Of a DNA stretch of 64,000 bases, positions 1 to 13,739 are shown piece by piece. The position numbers were made by a program, and so were the translations under genes. The stretch spans positions 154,851 through 218,850 of the forward strand of contig MU619269.1 of NCBI GenBank assembly GCA_025201805.1, given 5' to 3'. The notes beneath the pieces were generated by a model. It ran no database searches, was not told where the DNA came from, and saw only the letters and a list, made by a program, of their open reading frames with translations. Source of the stretch: Parasitella parasitica NRRL 2501. Lineage: Eukaryota; Fungi; Mucoromycota. Every line of letters starts with the position of its first letter. Position 1 is the first letter of the stretch.

Positions 1-356
1 ACAGACATATACAAGAAGTTTGGTCTCGCCAACAGCTCTTGAATAATTCTACATTAGCTTAAGTATATTTCTATAAATTTTTTTTTTTATAAATTGTTAT
101 ACACTATACAAATTATATATAATCGAAAAGTCGGCCCATTTGGGCTGATTAAAATCGGGCAAAACAGCCTCCGGAAAATCAATCCCTGATAGCTCAATTT
201 TCACTTTTTTCAAACAAAATCAATTAGATCGCTGACAAGAACACCCATTTCAATATTAAAAAGAGTTTTTAGCATGTTATCTTCAATTTCTGTGGAGGAA
301 TTTATTATGGAAGGGTCGGCCCAAATGGGCCGATCGGGGTAATCCCAACTTGTTAA
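1..356. mobile_element. Probable terminus of a piggyBac-like DNA transposon
   Basis: Two copies of a palindromic motif, TCGGCCCATTTGGGCTGA (131-148) and TCGGCCCAAATGGGCCGA (316-333), followed by TTAA at 353-356. The other end would lie outside the window. Confidence 0.4.
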
Positions 357-1031
357 TTAGTTCAATAAAACTTCATGGAGAATTTTGTAAAGTCTCAATT
401 CCAGAACAAGATATATTCATGATACAGCTACATTTATAGGGAAAGACAAGATTGCGAAATTTTATTTGTGCATTTCTTTGTAAATATTCCTGCAATTTAA
501 GATGCAATTGAAAGAAGAAGGGAAGAGGAAATGAAAACGCTTGTCTCTTTGCTACATTTCAGTTACACCAATGTTATACCAAAATACACAAGAATCCAAA
601 AACAACTTTAACCCTTTTTTCGGTTTTGTTAAGGTTGTCTATATTCTCATTAATTATTACTTTATATTAGATACTTCAGTGCTACATTTAAATTTTTGGA
701 CCTTTTGTTTGATATAAGAGAGGAAATCATGGCATATATAAATTTGATAGGTAAATAAAAAACAGCCTTGCTATATTTCCCTTTTGCAAGCGCCAAAATA
801 TCTACCAATTACATAGCAAAAAAGAAGAATGACACTTGGTTAAACTTGATGTGATACCAAATCATACCCTCTGTATCACTCATTTCACTCGCATACACGT
901 TTTTTTTTTACACTAAAATCAATTTGTTTGTATGCGTATTACAGAAAAAAAAAATATCAGAAGTTAAAAATAAGGAAAGAAGAGTTTTATTCTATGGTGG
1001 TATATCAACTGCTACTACTAATACTTCTAGA

Positions 1032-3299
1032 CTAGTGGACAATGACAATTTGTCCTAATGTTCCTTCCAAGCCTTGCAATTCACTCACACTAACTACACT
1101 GCCAGTGTCACTTCCACTTCCAGAGTGATCCAATACAATGCTTTCTCGATTTCTTCTCCGACGTCTTTGCAATTGATACGCTTGCCTTTTACTGGAAGTG
1201 TTTGAACAAGAACTCAATCTCTTGATTATAGTATCATCATCGTCGTCGAGTCCACCGTTGACATCATCAAATAGTCCAATGGAGCCTACTCGTGCCAAGG
1301 ACATTTTTCTTCGATGCTGCATTACTTGTTTAAAAATGCTCAAAATTGGAGATGTAGCCACGAGTCTCAGGTGGGACATAAAATTGTAATACCCACAGAC
1401 TGCAACAAGTCTATCTCGACAAAACCTGTCAATGGGTAACCAAGGTTGTTGTTGGTGCTGCTGTTTCTGAGGTCGGGAAGTACCGCCACTGGCAATAGGT
1501 AATCGCATTTTGAATTCGCAAACTCTCAATATATTGCAGCATGCGCATTTCATCTTTGGAGGCATTGCCACGAACGAAGAATTAATACTATGTTGAGATG
1601 AGGAGGATATATGGCTTGTCGCAGGCGATGTGGTATTGGACAAGGAAGAGGATGTTGTGGTGCTTGTTATATTTGAAATGTAATTTACATCATGCCAGCC
1701 CTGGATTTCGCACTTATTCTTTGAGATGGCATCGACCAGCTTTTTCTTAAACCATGGAGACTTCCACCAGCCCTGTGACTGAGGAAAGAATAAACAGGGT
1801 TCAATATCTTCTATGAAAACTCTTTTGGCAAAGGGTGTTGAAGGTATAGGTGTTGTGTTGCTATCCAGGACGGATTTTATATGATGTTGGAATTCTGCCA
1901 ATACAAAGCCGTCAATACGGATTGTATAGGTATCATGATATTTGCTGCTGCTGCTGCTGCTGCTGTCTAACGAAGGCAGTCTCATAGCAGATCGAGATGT
2001 GAGGCGGTAGTTTGATGTAGTAGGTGTAAGAGCAGGTGATTTTTGTTGATTTATTTGTTGTTGTTGTTGTTGCTGATAACGATGTGAGATTGTACAGCTT
2101 GCATTGGCACTTTGATGCACCACAGAATCCAGCTCCACCAACAAATCTTTCACTTGCTTTAGCCTTGCATCTCTGGTATCCCAGGCGTCTAAAATTTGGG
2201 ATAGTTTTCCGTTTGTTTCACGATGTATTTGGATGATACCATCTCTATCTGTCACTTCATCCATCAAAATTTGGTTGAGCGATAAAAACAGTGCAGATGT
2301 AATATCTGCAGTCTCTTGTTCCAATATTTCCTTATCCTGCTCTACAGCGGATCGGATATCTTCTTCTTCGGACAGTGCAGATGCAAGGGAGCTTAGGTCT
2401 CGTTTCAGATAGGCATGTCTTTCTACTTGCGAGTCGAGTTGAGATAAAAGCTGTTTACAATTTACACAAAAACTAGTGTGGTCTTGGTCATCGTTCACAG
2501 CATATGTTGTAGGCAGTGTCATTGAAGAGTCATTGTTGGAGTGGAGATGCTTGTCACTGGATGACGAACAGGAAGAAAGCGATGATGATAGCTCGTCTTC
2601 TATCAATTGTACAGGGTCTTCTTCCTCTTGAACATCACATGCTTTGCTATTATTTACTTTTACTGCTGGGTCGGTTGAAGAACGGTCTGGTATGTTGTTA
2701 TTCTTGTCTGTGTGTCTCCATTCTGATACGGCTGCCTGTCGGCGTTCAAGTTCACCTTCCTCTAAATCATCGATACCATCATCTTGAATTATTTGCGGCT
2801 GCTGCTGCACAGAAACAGAGGTCTGTCGAAGATAGTTTAAACATAATGTTACAATAGATTTAGTTTGCTCATCCATTTGAGCCTGGTTCACGAATAAATC
2901 AGACAATAAAACTATCACTTCTTTGCTGTTAAAATCGGATTTCTGCAGTTTACTTGATAGATGTGTGATATATTGGTCTTTTTGAGACAAACCAACTAGC
3001 CATTCACTTCTATCATGTTCGTATTTTTTATGTACAGTCTATTATGGTTACGTTTGAGTTTCATGTTTGAACACTAGTAAAGTGCACAGTATACCCACAG
3101 ATAAGTCATTCTCCAATCCAACGACTCTAGATTCCAGCTTGGATATTATATCCTGTGCTTGCAATAAAAACGGTAGGACGTCCTGTTCTGTGAATTCCTG
3201 TTCAAATAAACTGGTTGCTTCGTCTTGTTGCGAAAGGTCTTTCTCGCAAGAAATTCCTACTTCAGACACTGAGTCTGATATACTTTGGATAGCATTCAT
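1032..3299 (-). CDS. Sec2/Rab3IP-like Rab guanine-nucleotide exchange factor (2 exons)
   Basis: ATG at 3299; intron about 3039-3098 joins ORF 3048..3302 to the 652-aa ORF. Coiled-coil region plus Sec2-type C-terminus (EDIEPCL...CACC...CRDRLVAVCGYYNF...LARVG). Confidence 0.8.
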
Positions 3300-3904
3300 C
3301 AAAATTGATTGGAAATAGTAGAATAAAAGAAATAAACAAAAAAAAAAAGAGCGAATATTGTTTGTTATGAGAGCGAGTAATGACTAGTGTGTGTGTGTAT
3401 GTATATGTATGTATGAATGTATGTGCACAAATAAGCCTTCCTAAATACAGGTACTGAACTCACAACCCCCGCCTCATCTGCCTTAGCTTTACAACAGCAA
3501 AAGATACCGACGGCTAATGCACAAGGCATTTCAGCATGGAAAAAGGGATATATGTTGATAGTAATATTCATGTATGTATTTGCTCTTTAACACTACCATT
3601 CTACTTCCAGATTATACAAGATATTTGTAACTTCAGACTAAAAATAAAAATACTACTGTGTACAGAAAAAAACTCATGTTGTAAAACTAAAAAGGTGTGT
3701 GCGCACACTCTTTCTTACAGGCACGATTCGACGATCAATATAAATTTTTGTGTTCACTGAACTCATCCTATATATCACCATAATATGTTGATAATATTCC
3801 TTGTGTTACGATTCCGGGAAGAACTTTTCTCTGATATGGTTGAATCTCCCCTTGGAAGTGTTTATTATTAAATCAAGAGACATCACACACATAAATCAAA
3901 AGGG

Positions 3905-3912
3905 TATATAAA
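3905..3912 (+). promoter_or_regulatory. TATA box of the GPI-protein gene
   Basis: TATATAAA about 80 nt upstream of ATG 3992, followed by a pyrimidine-rich leader. Confidence 0.55.
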
Positions 3913-3991
3913 CCGCCTTGTTGTTTCCATCCTTTCTTTTTGTTTTCTTTTAATCAATCAATTTGTATTCTTTCCTTAAAAATCCTAAAAA

Positions 3992-4721
3992 ATGAAGTCT
4001 GTCATCGCTGCCATCGCCGCTATTGCTGCCACCGTTGTCTCTGCTCAAAACATTGTTTCAAGCCAACCAACCACTGATCAAGTTCTTACTGCTGGCTCCA
4101 CCGCCAACATTGTTTGGGCTCCCGTTGATGGTACCATCTCCTCCATTGACCTTCGTCAAGGTAATGCAAATGCCCTTACTCTGATCCAAAATATTGCCAC
4201 TGCTGTCCCTGCCTCCACTGGCTCTTATTCTTGGAACATCCCTGCTTCTCTTGCCGCCGGTAATGATTGTAAGTTATTATCTGACAATTGAATTATATAC
4301 TATTTACTAACATACATGAAGATGCTCTTTCTTTCGGTCAAAGCCCCAATGTATCCTATACTCCTTTCTTCACCATTAAGGCCGCTTCCGGTAGTAAGTT
4401 TATTTCCTTTTTTTATTTTTTTTTTGCTTTTGTGATGCTGGAATTGGGGAACGGTTTGCTAAACAAATCACTTTACACATAGATGCCGCTTCCTCCGGCG
4501 CTGCTGCCTCCTCTGCTGCCCCTGCTTCTAGCGCTGCTCCTGCTAGCTCTGCCACCAGCAAGGCTGCTTCCGTTGTTGCCTCAGCCACCAGCAAGGCTGC
4601 TTCTGCTGCCTCTTCCGCTGCCAGTTCAACTAGCACTCCCGCAGCCTCTGCTGGTAACAAGAACGTTGCCGCTGTTGGTGTTGCTGCCGTTGCTGGTGCC
4701 GTTGTCGCTGCTTTGATCTAA
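3992..4721 (+). CDS. Secreted Ser/Thr/Ala-rich GPI-anchored cell-surface protein (Kre9/Knh1-like N-terminal domain), 3 exons
   Basis: Signal peptide MKSVIAAIAAIAATVVSA; motifs IVW...IDLRQG...GSYSWNIP...YTPFFTI; Ser/Ala-rich stalk; hydrophobic C-terminal GPI signal VAAVGVAAVAGAVVAALI; two GT-AG introns. Confidence 0.85.
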
Positions 4722-7700
4722 ATTATATCACTCCTACGTCTTTTTTCTTAATTTATACTCTTCCAATTTCTTTTATAGCAAAATTCTTTCTACCAATATG
4801 AAAAAGAAAACCACTAAATTAAACTTCTATACTCTGTATTACTTCTAATCAATTAAATGTTTCTTTTCATACATATCATTGCAATTGACTGACTACATAT
4901 ATCAACTTTTTTTTTTTCTTGTCAAATGTTACATTTTACATTGTATTACATTCGATTTTTTTTTATGATGGGAAAATTACGATTCTGAGCACCAAACAAA
5001 TTACAGTCTCTAAAAAAAAAAGTATATATAGCATAGCGGCCCTGTTCTTTGTGTTACGAGATGCAATAGTTTTACTTTTCTACAAGTAATTTTTTTCATA
5101 GATAAAATCGAGTAAGAACATGTATGCATGGGTTGCTGACTAGCGTATTTTCGCCATGCAGCATAAATGCATTAGAGGCAAAAGAAGCTTTCCTCATTGC
5201 GCAGTGAGGACACGATGCACCATGTTTTTTTAGAAAAAAACAAGACGCAGTAAGGTATTTAAGATTCAGTACAGAAACAAGACCATTTAATGCTCGTAGT
5301 ATAACTGCATGCGTAAATATTGGCCTTTCCGCGCTCAAATAACAACACACGATTGACAACTATGAGAAGTATATTTAAATAGAACAAATATCTAAAATCA
5401 CCATATCATTGTTTGATGCCTTTTTTTTTTTTTTTGTATACAAACATTATGCAATTATATAAAAAAACTACTATGTCACAAGAGCAGAAAAGTGTTTATT
5501 TTTGAAAACGGGCTCCTTCATCTTGCAATCTTGTGCCTGCGAATGCTCGAAAAAATAGCTCTCTTATTCAATGCCTGTTTAAAGAAGAAGATGTTTTTTG
5601 ATGACAAACAACAAACACAACCTTGATCTTATTTGGAATCGACCAAAACACTAGCATTATCTATACACTTATCGCCGTATCCTGAGATTTTTCAGTATTT
5701 TTTTTTGGCGCAGCGGTCAAAAGCCTTACGAGGCAAGTGTGCATTATGCATTGGAAACGCTTGGGCTGTGTGGATAAAACGGTTTATTACTATTGTAAGC
5801 TGTGCCCGTAAGCCTCTTTGAAAACAGTTTCAGCTCTGCGTTTATTATTAAAAACAATTTACCCGTATGGCATTGGAACCATGCTGTTACACAAAGCTTC
5901 TTGTCAATTACAGTATTCTGATATCGAATTGTCGTAAAGCATCCATTCATCATACCGTACACAGCCAAGAAAAACCTGATATATCTCGTTTTTTTTTACT
6001 CCTTTTTGATTCTAAATTTATATTTGTTTCTAAAATGTAATGGCCAACGGATTATGATCTCTCCCGAAATCCGGCCTCCTAAATATCAAAATCTTCAATT
6101 GACAAAATGAGCGCAATTCTTTTCTATTTTTTATTTTTTTATTGTTGAATCCAGCATATCAAATATAAAACAGTAATGTCCTGCAGCATCTCCACCATAA
6201 AGTGATGAGACCCTGATTGTAAGTCCGACATGCGTATCCGTTTCTAAGTATTTTCTTTTTAAAAAATGAAAAAGAAAAAAATTCCTTCCCTTTTTTGCGA
6301 TTTACTTGGAATATCTTATAGGTAGTAAGCAGAATACTTCTAATAGGAATTGTAGATATTAGTTTTCTGCTTCGAATGGTGTATTTTATGGTTGTTTTTT
6401 AGCACTAAAAAAACCCATAATACTGAAAAAACCTCAATTTTGGTTTTGACTAAAATATGTTGATATTGATTTAGAAAATGCCAAATAGACAATTTTACGT
6501 GAAACCCTACATATTTCTGATTATTTTGTATTAGCACATGCATTAATAAAATATTTCATTTTTGGGGCGATAATTCAGAAAAAGTGATTTTCATCGATCT
6601 GGCCCTTACAAGTACAGGGAAAAAAGTCGAAAAAATCGTTGATTTTCGATCAGCAAAAAATTCCACAAAAATGCATTAGAATGCAACTATGGGAAGAAAG
6701 GGATGGTTCTAGCTGGTTGCGCGCTTCAGAAAGAGCCAAAAACGGCCACAATATGACATCAAAAGAGCTGATTTTTGGGTGTTTTTAAAAAAATAACGCG
6801 AATTCATGTAAGTAATCACCAAGAAAGGGTTACTTCTGGAAGTAATGCTGATTACTGCAATCATCAATGTTCTAACGACCCGATGCTTGTTAAAAACATT
6901 GTGCTGATTAATATATCTGCCATATTTGCGGATACTAATGTGATTGTATACGTTCAGGTTAAATCAGGAACTGACGCTTCAAAAATCGACCGTTCATCTA
7001 TTGAAAAACACTTGATTCGCATTAAGAAAAAGTCGACACTGATCTCTATTTATTGTTGCAAGCGATTCAAATACATAGCCCATTCATCATCTTGTCTAAT
7101 TTTCGAGTATTAACCTTTTTTTTTTTTTATTTTCGTATAATGTGAATGGTAGTTAAAAAGAAAGTTGAATCAATATGTTGTAGTCCAAGCGTGTTTTTTT
7201 TTTCTTATAGTGAATTAATTTTCGACACCTTGTATCAGAGTAATATTATCACCCTTTAACATGAGACGGCCTATTGCAGATGTCAATGTCAATGTCAATG
7301 TCAAATCCCACAACAAAATTGCATTAATTGTATTATCAAGTTCAACTTACCAACTTTGAGTCTCGTATTGTTCTTGGTATCAACTTCCTCAGCGTTTTCA
7401 AGGACCAAGTTCATGAATTCATCGAAACCCTAATACGACGCGTTTAGATAACAATCTAGTCTTATGTAGTCATTTATTGCTTACAATGATTTGACCCTCA
7501 ATTCTCAAATCGCTTTTATCAAACAACCAGATTTGGACTCTAGATTTCTAATAGACAATAGGGCATATTAGTGTTTGTGCCTTTCTTTTTGATTCATACA
7601 GAGGTTAAGGTGCTATTTTCATCTACTAACGTTTTGAAGGTATCTGAAAATAAGATTCTATGTATTAAAAAAAATTTTTTTTGTCAGACATTTCTACTAC

Positions 7701-7921
7701 ATCAAGACGGTAAAAGATTGCACATATCTCTCAAAATCAACTTACAATGGGTTGAACCATAATCTTTTGAACTTTGGAAGACATTTTTTATATTAACAAC
7801 TGCTATTGATGTGTAAAAGAAGGGACTAATATGAAAAAATGAAGAAAAACACTTTGAAAAGAAGTCATTTGAGCCCCAGTGATTAATGGTACGTCACTTG
7901 GTGAAGCAGTAGTTGTCTTCT

Positions 7922-9697
7922 TTACATCTCCATGTCCTCAGACAGATCAAGGCTTGATCCCCACACCCTGATTGTGTGATCATCGCTCGCAGAGACAAAC
8001 TGCATTGGTTCAGCAGGGCACCAAGCTACACAATTCACGGTATTTTCATGTCCTTGTAATGTCTCTAAAAGGGCTTCGTGATCCCGACTCCATATATATA
8101 CACGATTGTCTGCGAAAAAAAAAAAAAAAAAAAAAAAAGTGGCTTCAGTATACATTTGATGGGGAACCCGCAATTTCATTGAAATTTACCTTCACTGCCA
8201 CTTATTATGAATGATTCGTTATGTCCACCTAGAGTAGATCGAATAATATAAGTGTTTTGTCTCTGTCCAGTATACTTGTGCACCATGATTCTCTCTTCCA
8301 AGTCCCACAAATGCAAAGCCTGACTATCTTGCACATTAACAAGTGCGTATCTACCGTCTTTAGACAAAGTTAAGGAGGTGATTGTGCCTTCCTCTTGAAT
8401 CTTTACAGTTTCTGTGATCTTCAACCCCTCCACATCATAGACACCGATGCATTTATCTAGTCCGATGGTCACAAAACGTTTGCCATCTTGCGTTATCTTC
8501 ATGTCTGTCGTGCGATGAACCGGCCAGCGAGTAATAGGTTGAGATGAGGATATTTTCGAATCCCACAGACACAATATTTTATCGCAGGCGCCTGAGATGA
8601 AATGCTGGTTGTCTGGTAACCATACACAGCTAGTAACTTGGTCCTTGTGGTATTGATAGGTGTGCAGTAAAATGCCATGGTATGGATCCCATAATCGAAT
8701 CGAGTAATCTGTGCCGCAGATCAATAGTTTTGAATCGTCAGGAGACCAAGCACAGTATGACCCACTCACATCACTTGATAGTTTTTGAACTTGATTAAAG
8801 TTTTCCATATCCCAGATGATGCATGTCCTATCTTTTGAGACAGATGCCAGGTACTTACCGTTGTTTGAATAGTGAACGTGCCAAATCTCGTCTGAGTGGC
8901 CGCTCAAGACTTTGATTGTTGCAGACGGGAAAGACGCTCTGGGGTTTATTAATATATAGCATTACGTTGCGCACAATTGTATTGAACTCACTTATTACAA
9001 TAATGATCCGAATACAAGGAAAGCTGGGCGTCCTGCCTAGGATTGTGATATAGACAGCTCCTCTTTTGCCATTCCAGCGATTGGTGGATTAAACCGAGCA
9101 GGCGTTGTTTTGGTATCATTGCAGCAGGGTCGATAAATTTCTGGATGTCAGTCAGCAATTGGTCTCTAGATGTGCCTTTTGCGCCGTCCCATGAAGCTTG
9201 CTCCTTGATATCGTCTACGCTAGAGCATAAAATAAGGCTCGTAAGGAGATGCAATCGTTCCGTATTCCGTCCCAAGGGCGTAATTTCTGTTCTTAAAACA
9301 TGTAACGCTTGCATTGTCTCTTGCTGCTCCAATAACTCTAAAAACTTTTGCTGTCGAATCAGGAATTGGACTTTGGGTATGCATCGCTGAGGATTTAAAA
9401 AGGGCACTTTTGACAAAAGAGTCTCTGCATTGTACCATTGTCCACGTAAAATACTTGATCTTAGTTCTACAATGTCGTCAGATTCGAGGCTGTACCCTGA
9501 CTCTGCTTGTAAAGCATCCGCTGCTTGTCTATAAGAGATAGATTAATATATACACATCAAGTGGTTTGGTCTTGTTCATACTGGTATCCAAGATCTTGAA
9601 GTGACTGTAGCATAAGCCTAACAAGCTCCTCGTTGTTGACATTGTTTGTTGTGGATTTACGCGGGTCTTTTACAGTTTTGGTTTTTGTTATCTGCAT
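7922..9697 (-). CDS. GID7: WDR26/Gid7-like LisH-CTLH-WD40 protein (GID/CTLH E3 ligase subunit)
   Basis: ATG 9697; LisH (EELVRLMLQSLQDLGY), CTLH (FLIRQQKFLELLE...ALHVLRTEITPL), WDG..G.SR motif, CLYHN, then WD40 repeats ending SGSED...ASDDHTIRVW; several introns. Confidence 0.9.
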
Positions 9698-10858
9698 CGT
9701 CGAAGTTTCAGGTTTTGAATGAATGAAAGAGAGAGAAAAAGGAATACTCTCCTCATGTGGTCTGTCGAACTATTTCTAGTGAAAACATACCGGTATTGGT
9801 TCGTTCATCCAGTAGCAGTGGCGCGTCACAATTGAGGGGCGAGTGTCATGTAAATGTAGCATTGACGCAACAATTAGAATCAGTACACGCTACCAGGTAT
9901 TTACTATTAGTGCTTGTACCATAAGAAATCCTTAAAACAGATTAGTGAATTAACAAGAGGATATTAGGAAAGCCATATTTCGCTTCTTGTCCATGACAAA
10001 AATACAATTCAGCAATTCAAATGGTTTTTTCTATATGATGTTATCCCTAACTAAGAGTTGCATAAACCACATGTATTATATGTTTATTACAGCATTTGTG
10101 TTTGTGGGTTGCTTAAAAGAATTTTCCATGAATCTTATAAATTTATCAAATAAATACAGAATCTCGCATGCAGCAGTGATTGTTGTCTGCCCTTCCAGAT
10201 ATTGCTAAGGGAATAGCTCTTGAGTGCTATCAAGCCATATTATACAGTGAAATGATATACGTCAATGTGGACGCTCTGCTTTGGCCTAGCATAGCACGAC
10301 GATACCTTATATTTATGGTAAATCAAATGGAACAAACCAAAGTTGAAGATATACTTTTCATTGGTAACTGGATAAACCTTTAAATAATACACCAAACCAT
10401 TCCAATACATCGAGTAATAAACAGCAGCTGTGCACTTGTACTAATTTATGACCCGTAGCTTTACCTGTTGTCGATATTTCTGAAGCACATTTCTGCTTTC
10501 GATGACCAGGAAAGGTAAACAACAGAGAGTCGTATGGTTCAATCAATTATGTACAAATAAAACCGAATCATTCATATTTTCCGCTGTAATTAAGTCTATT
10601 CAGCCGCTGTAGCGCAAGCGGTTTCGATCCCTGCAATTATAAATTGTATATGTGTTATTATTTGAATTATTATTCCAATAACACAGGGTGGTTAGGATAA
10701 AGACATGGCAGTTCAAACGTATTATAACAACTGGAAGTCTTTGCGGTAATTTAAGACATCTAACCTCTGGAAGGACATCGAAGCTTATGTATCCATTAAA
10801 GGACAATAGAATTTACTAAAACAAAGGAGATCTGGAGGAGGGGGGGCTTGTAATTGCG

Positions 10859-10892
10859 AAAAAAAAAAAAAAAAAAAAAAAAAGTATATAAA
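10859..10892 (+). promoter_or_regulatory. Poly(dA) tract abutting the TATA box of the cytochrome c promoter
   Basis: About 25 A residues directly followed by G-TATATAAA, about 90 nt upstream of ATG 10980. Confidence 0.55.
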
Positions 10893-10979
10893 TATTCAAT
10901 TGCAACACACTCTTTCTCATCTTCTTTCTTACAATAACACTTTTTCTATCAACCCCCCACTCAACTTATATTATACAAC

Positions 10980-11502
10980 ATGTCTACTCCTGGTGCAGGT
11001 AACGCTTCTGCTGGTGCTAAGCTTTTCAAAACTCGTTGTGCCACTTGCCACACCGTTGAACAGGTAAAATTAGTTGGGCTTTGCAGCAAAAACGGCTTCT
11101 AATGCCAACTGGGTTTTTTTTATTATTATTTCAGGGTGCCCCCCACAAGGTTGGTCCTAATCTCCACGGTTTGTTTGGTCGTAAGTCTGGCCAAGCTGCT
11201 GGCTACTCTTATACCGCTGCTAATCAAGAGAAGGGTGTCGTTTGGGATGACAAAACCCTCTTTGATGTAAGTTTAGAGGAAAACGAATTAGTACATTTTG
11301 ATTAACCAAAATTACCATGGATAAATAGTACCTCGAGAACCCTAAGCTATACATTCCCGGTACCAAGATGGCTTTCGCTGGTTTCAAGAAGGCCAAGGAT
11401 CGTGCTGATGTCGTCGCTTACTTGAAGGTAACTATAACTATATCTCAACACCCCTCCATATTTTGATATTGACGTTTATTTAATATTCAGGAATCTTGTT
11501 AA
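10980..11502 (+). CDS. CYC1: Cytochrome c (4 exons)
   Basis: Spliced product [54 protein letters not shown].../[36 protein letters not shown]. CxxCH heme motif and Met80 ligand present. Confidence 0.97.
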
Positions 11503-11951
11503 GCAACCAACATTAAGAAAGTAAAATGAACGATAAACAAAAATCGAATGGAAAGGATAAAAAGGTCATAAAGCAAATGATATTCTATTTATTATAGTAT
11601 TTATTCTACATATCCTATACATTATTTGTGTCCATCCTGACATTTTTGCCTTTCAGATCTTCTGTATTGTTTTCATTCGTCTTTTTATGTACGAAAACCT
11701 TTAGAATTCTTTACGCACCTTCTTTTTGCAACCTTTTTTAAAACTATTAAACTCTTTCATTAATAACCGAAATTTTCGCTTGTATTGTGTAGTTTAAAAT
11801 ATAAATCAAGGATGACCCCCGTTTGAATGCTGTATTTGGTGGTCCGGTTTGTATGAGATTGATTTATTTATGAATAAATGTACCGTATATATACATTATA
11901 AAAAAAAAAAGGGAATGTAAGGGGAAGACATGAACGAACGCTAAAAACATC

Positions 11952-12905
11952 TTATTCGAGTGCAATGCTCAATCTTTTGATATCCTTTTCGTCAACTAGG
12001 ATAAAGTCAATAAGCTGTCTACCAGTAAAATTTCCTTACTTACTTCTCATGGTGGAGTTTCTGTTAGTGGATCTACTTGGAGCAGAAGGAACATTGCCGA
12101 AACCACTGAATGATTGTCTCTTGAAATCCATGGACATGGCCCTGCTGGATCTCTGCTGATGCACAGGCTGATTCATATCCTTGAGGAAATCAGTAGGGCC
12201 TTCATAAGGACGGATTTTAGCCAAGGCGTGGGTTACATTATCAATGTATGCCTTTTTAGCTGTGGCAGGGTGGTCGAATATAATCAACGCACGAGTATCG
12301 GTTAACCATTTGATTTTGTACCCTCCACGGCTACTCTCATAGCTTCTAAAAATATCATGTAAATGATGGGTTTTAAAAGCTGGAGGAAAATCATAACAAT
12401 CCAAAATTACAGTTGGCTCATCAACAGCTGGTACTTCCACTATATATCAGACATTAGACACCCACGCTCTCGCCGTAAATAAAATATCGCTAACCTGGCA
12501 TTTCTTGATATGAATCCATAATACGACTGGCCCTTTTGCTCTTTCTTTTATCGTCATCGTTCATACTATATCTGTCGTATTGTCTTAGAATATTCATCCA
12601 GTCTTCAGTCTGCTCGTTGTTATCAGGATCCAAAGAATAGTCTCTTTTATCCTTTGGAAAAACATTAGGATAAGTGTAGGACACGTTTATAAACTACTTA
12701 CATAATCAGCATCATAATCACCTATGAAACTATTGCGACTGTAACGGTTATTGCTGGCTGAAGAAGAACGACGATAGTCCATTAGAGATGATCGCTTGTT
12801 CCTGTTCAAAGAGCCAGACGAAAGGCTGGGCTCTAGTTGTAGATCACTGCGACGATGGCTAGCTACGTAGGGCTGTTGTTGGGATGATTGGGAATGGACG
12901 TCCAT
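11952..12905 (-). CDS. RRM-containing protein, R3HCC1-like (4 exons)
   Basis: Spliced ORFs 12687-12905, 12490-12684, 12036-12440 plus a short last exon. Domain ILDCYDFPPAFKTHHL...GYKIKWLTDTRALIIFDHPATAKKAY resembles the R3HCC1-type RRM. Confidence 0.7.
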
Positions 12906-13739
12906 GAGAAAGAAAAAGAAAGGAAAGAGTGGGGTATACTATCAAATATGTATTAAAAAAAAAAGAAGAGAAAGAAGGTAATCAAAAATACACACACACA
13001 CGCTCTTGCTTATATACGAGTTGGAACACCGTTAATTTTATCACCTTTGAAAAAGCTCATGGCGTTCGTCAGTTGACTCTCGGATTCAAACGACATCTCC
13101 TTAATACCAGTGAATTTTTGTTTCGGCATCTCCTGATTTTGAGAAATGAATATTCGTTAGTTACAAACTGGTGCATCAAAGATTGTTTGTTCATCCTGCT
13201 TGAAAATAAACATGTAAACAAAATTACGCTGCTATATTTACAAGTCGAGGAGAGACACATGGGGGCTCTGCCTATGCGTAATATATCAAGAACACTACCG
13301 ATTATAACACATGATGCCACTGGGAGGTTGTCAACAATATCGGACAGCATATTTTTGTCAAATATATCACTTGCTACCTTGGTGTATATGCGCTGTAGAA
13401 CAACTAGCCAAGCTGCTATTTTTCAGATCACCCTATGCCTAATAATCTTAAATGAAGATATTGCAATACTCACTTTTCCGATGCATTATATTCTAAAGTC
13501 AAATTTATTGAATACAGAAGGCGTCTCTATCATTTTTCATGTCTATTTACAAACACACAGCACATCTCATAAACCATTTTTTTTTCTTTTTTTTTCTTTT
13601 TTTTTTTCTTTTTTTATCTCGTTTTAATATTCTTTTCATCATGCTCTCTTTTTTTCCGCCTCTTCTGTGTGCAATTTAAAATGTGATCAAGAAAACTAGA
13701 AATATAAACAAGGGATAGCGGAATGAATGAAAACAAAAT

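Noticed and set aside
9900-10810. Short ORFs between GID7 and cytochrome c
   Set aside because: No recognisable motifs or consistent splice structure; possibly decayed TE but unsupported.
12655-12701. Apparent in-frame stop/readthrough between ORFs 12687-12905 and 12490-12684
   Set aside because: Explained by an ordinary GTAAGT...CTAAT...AAG intron.
12929-13627. 232-aa plus-strand ORF
   Set aside because: Non-ATG start, no recognisable motif, low-complexity ends; spans the promoter of one gene and the 3' region of another. Likely spurious.
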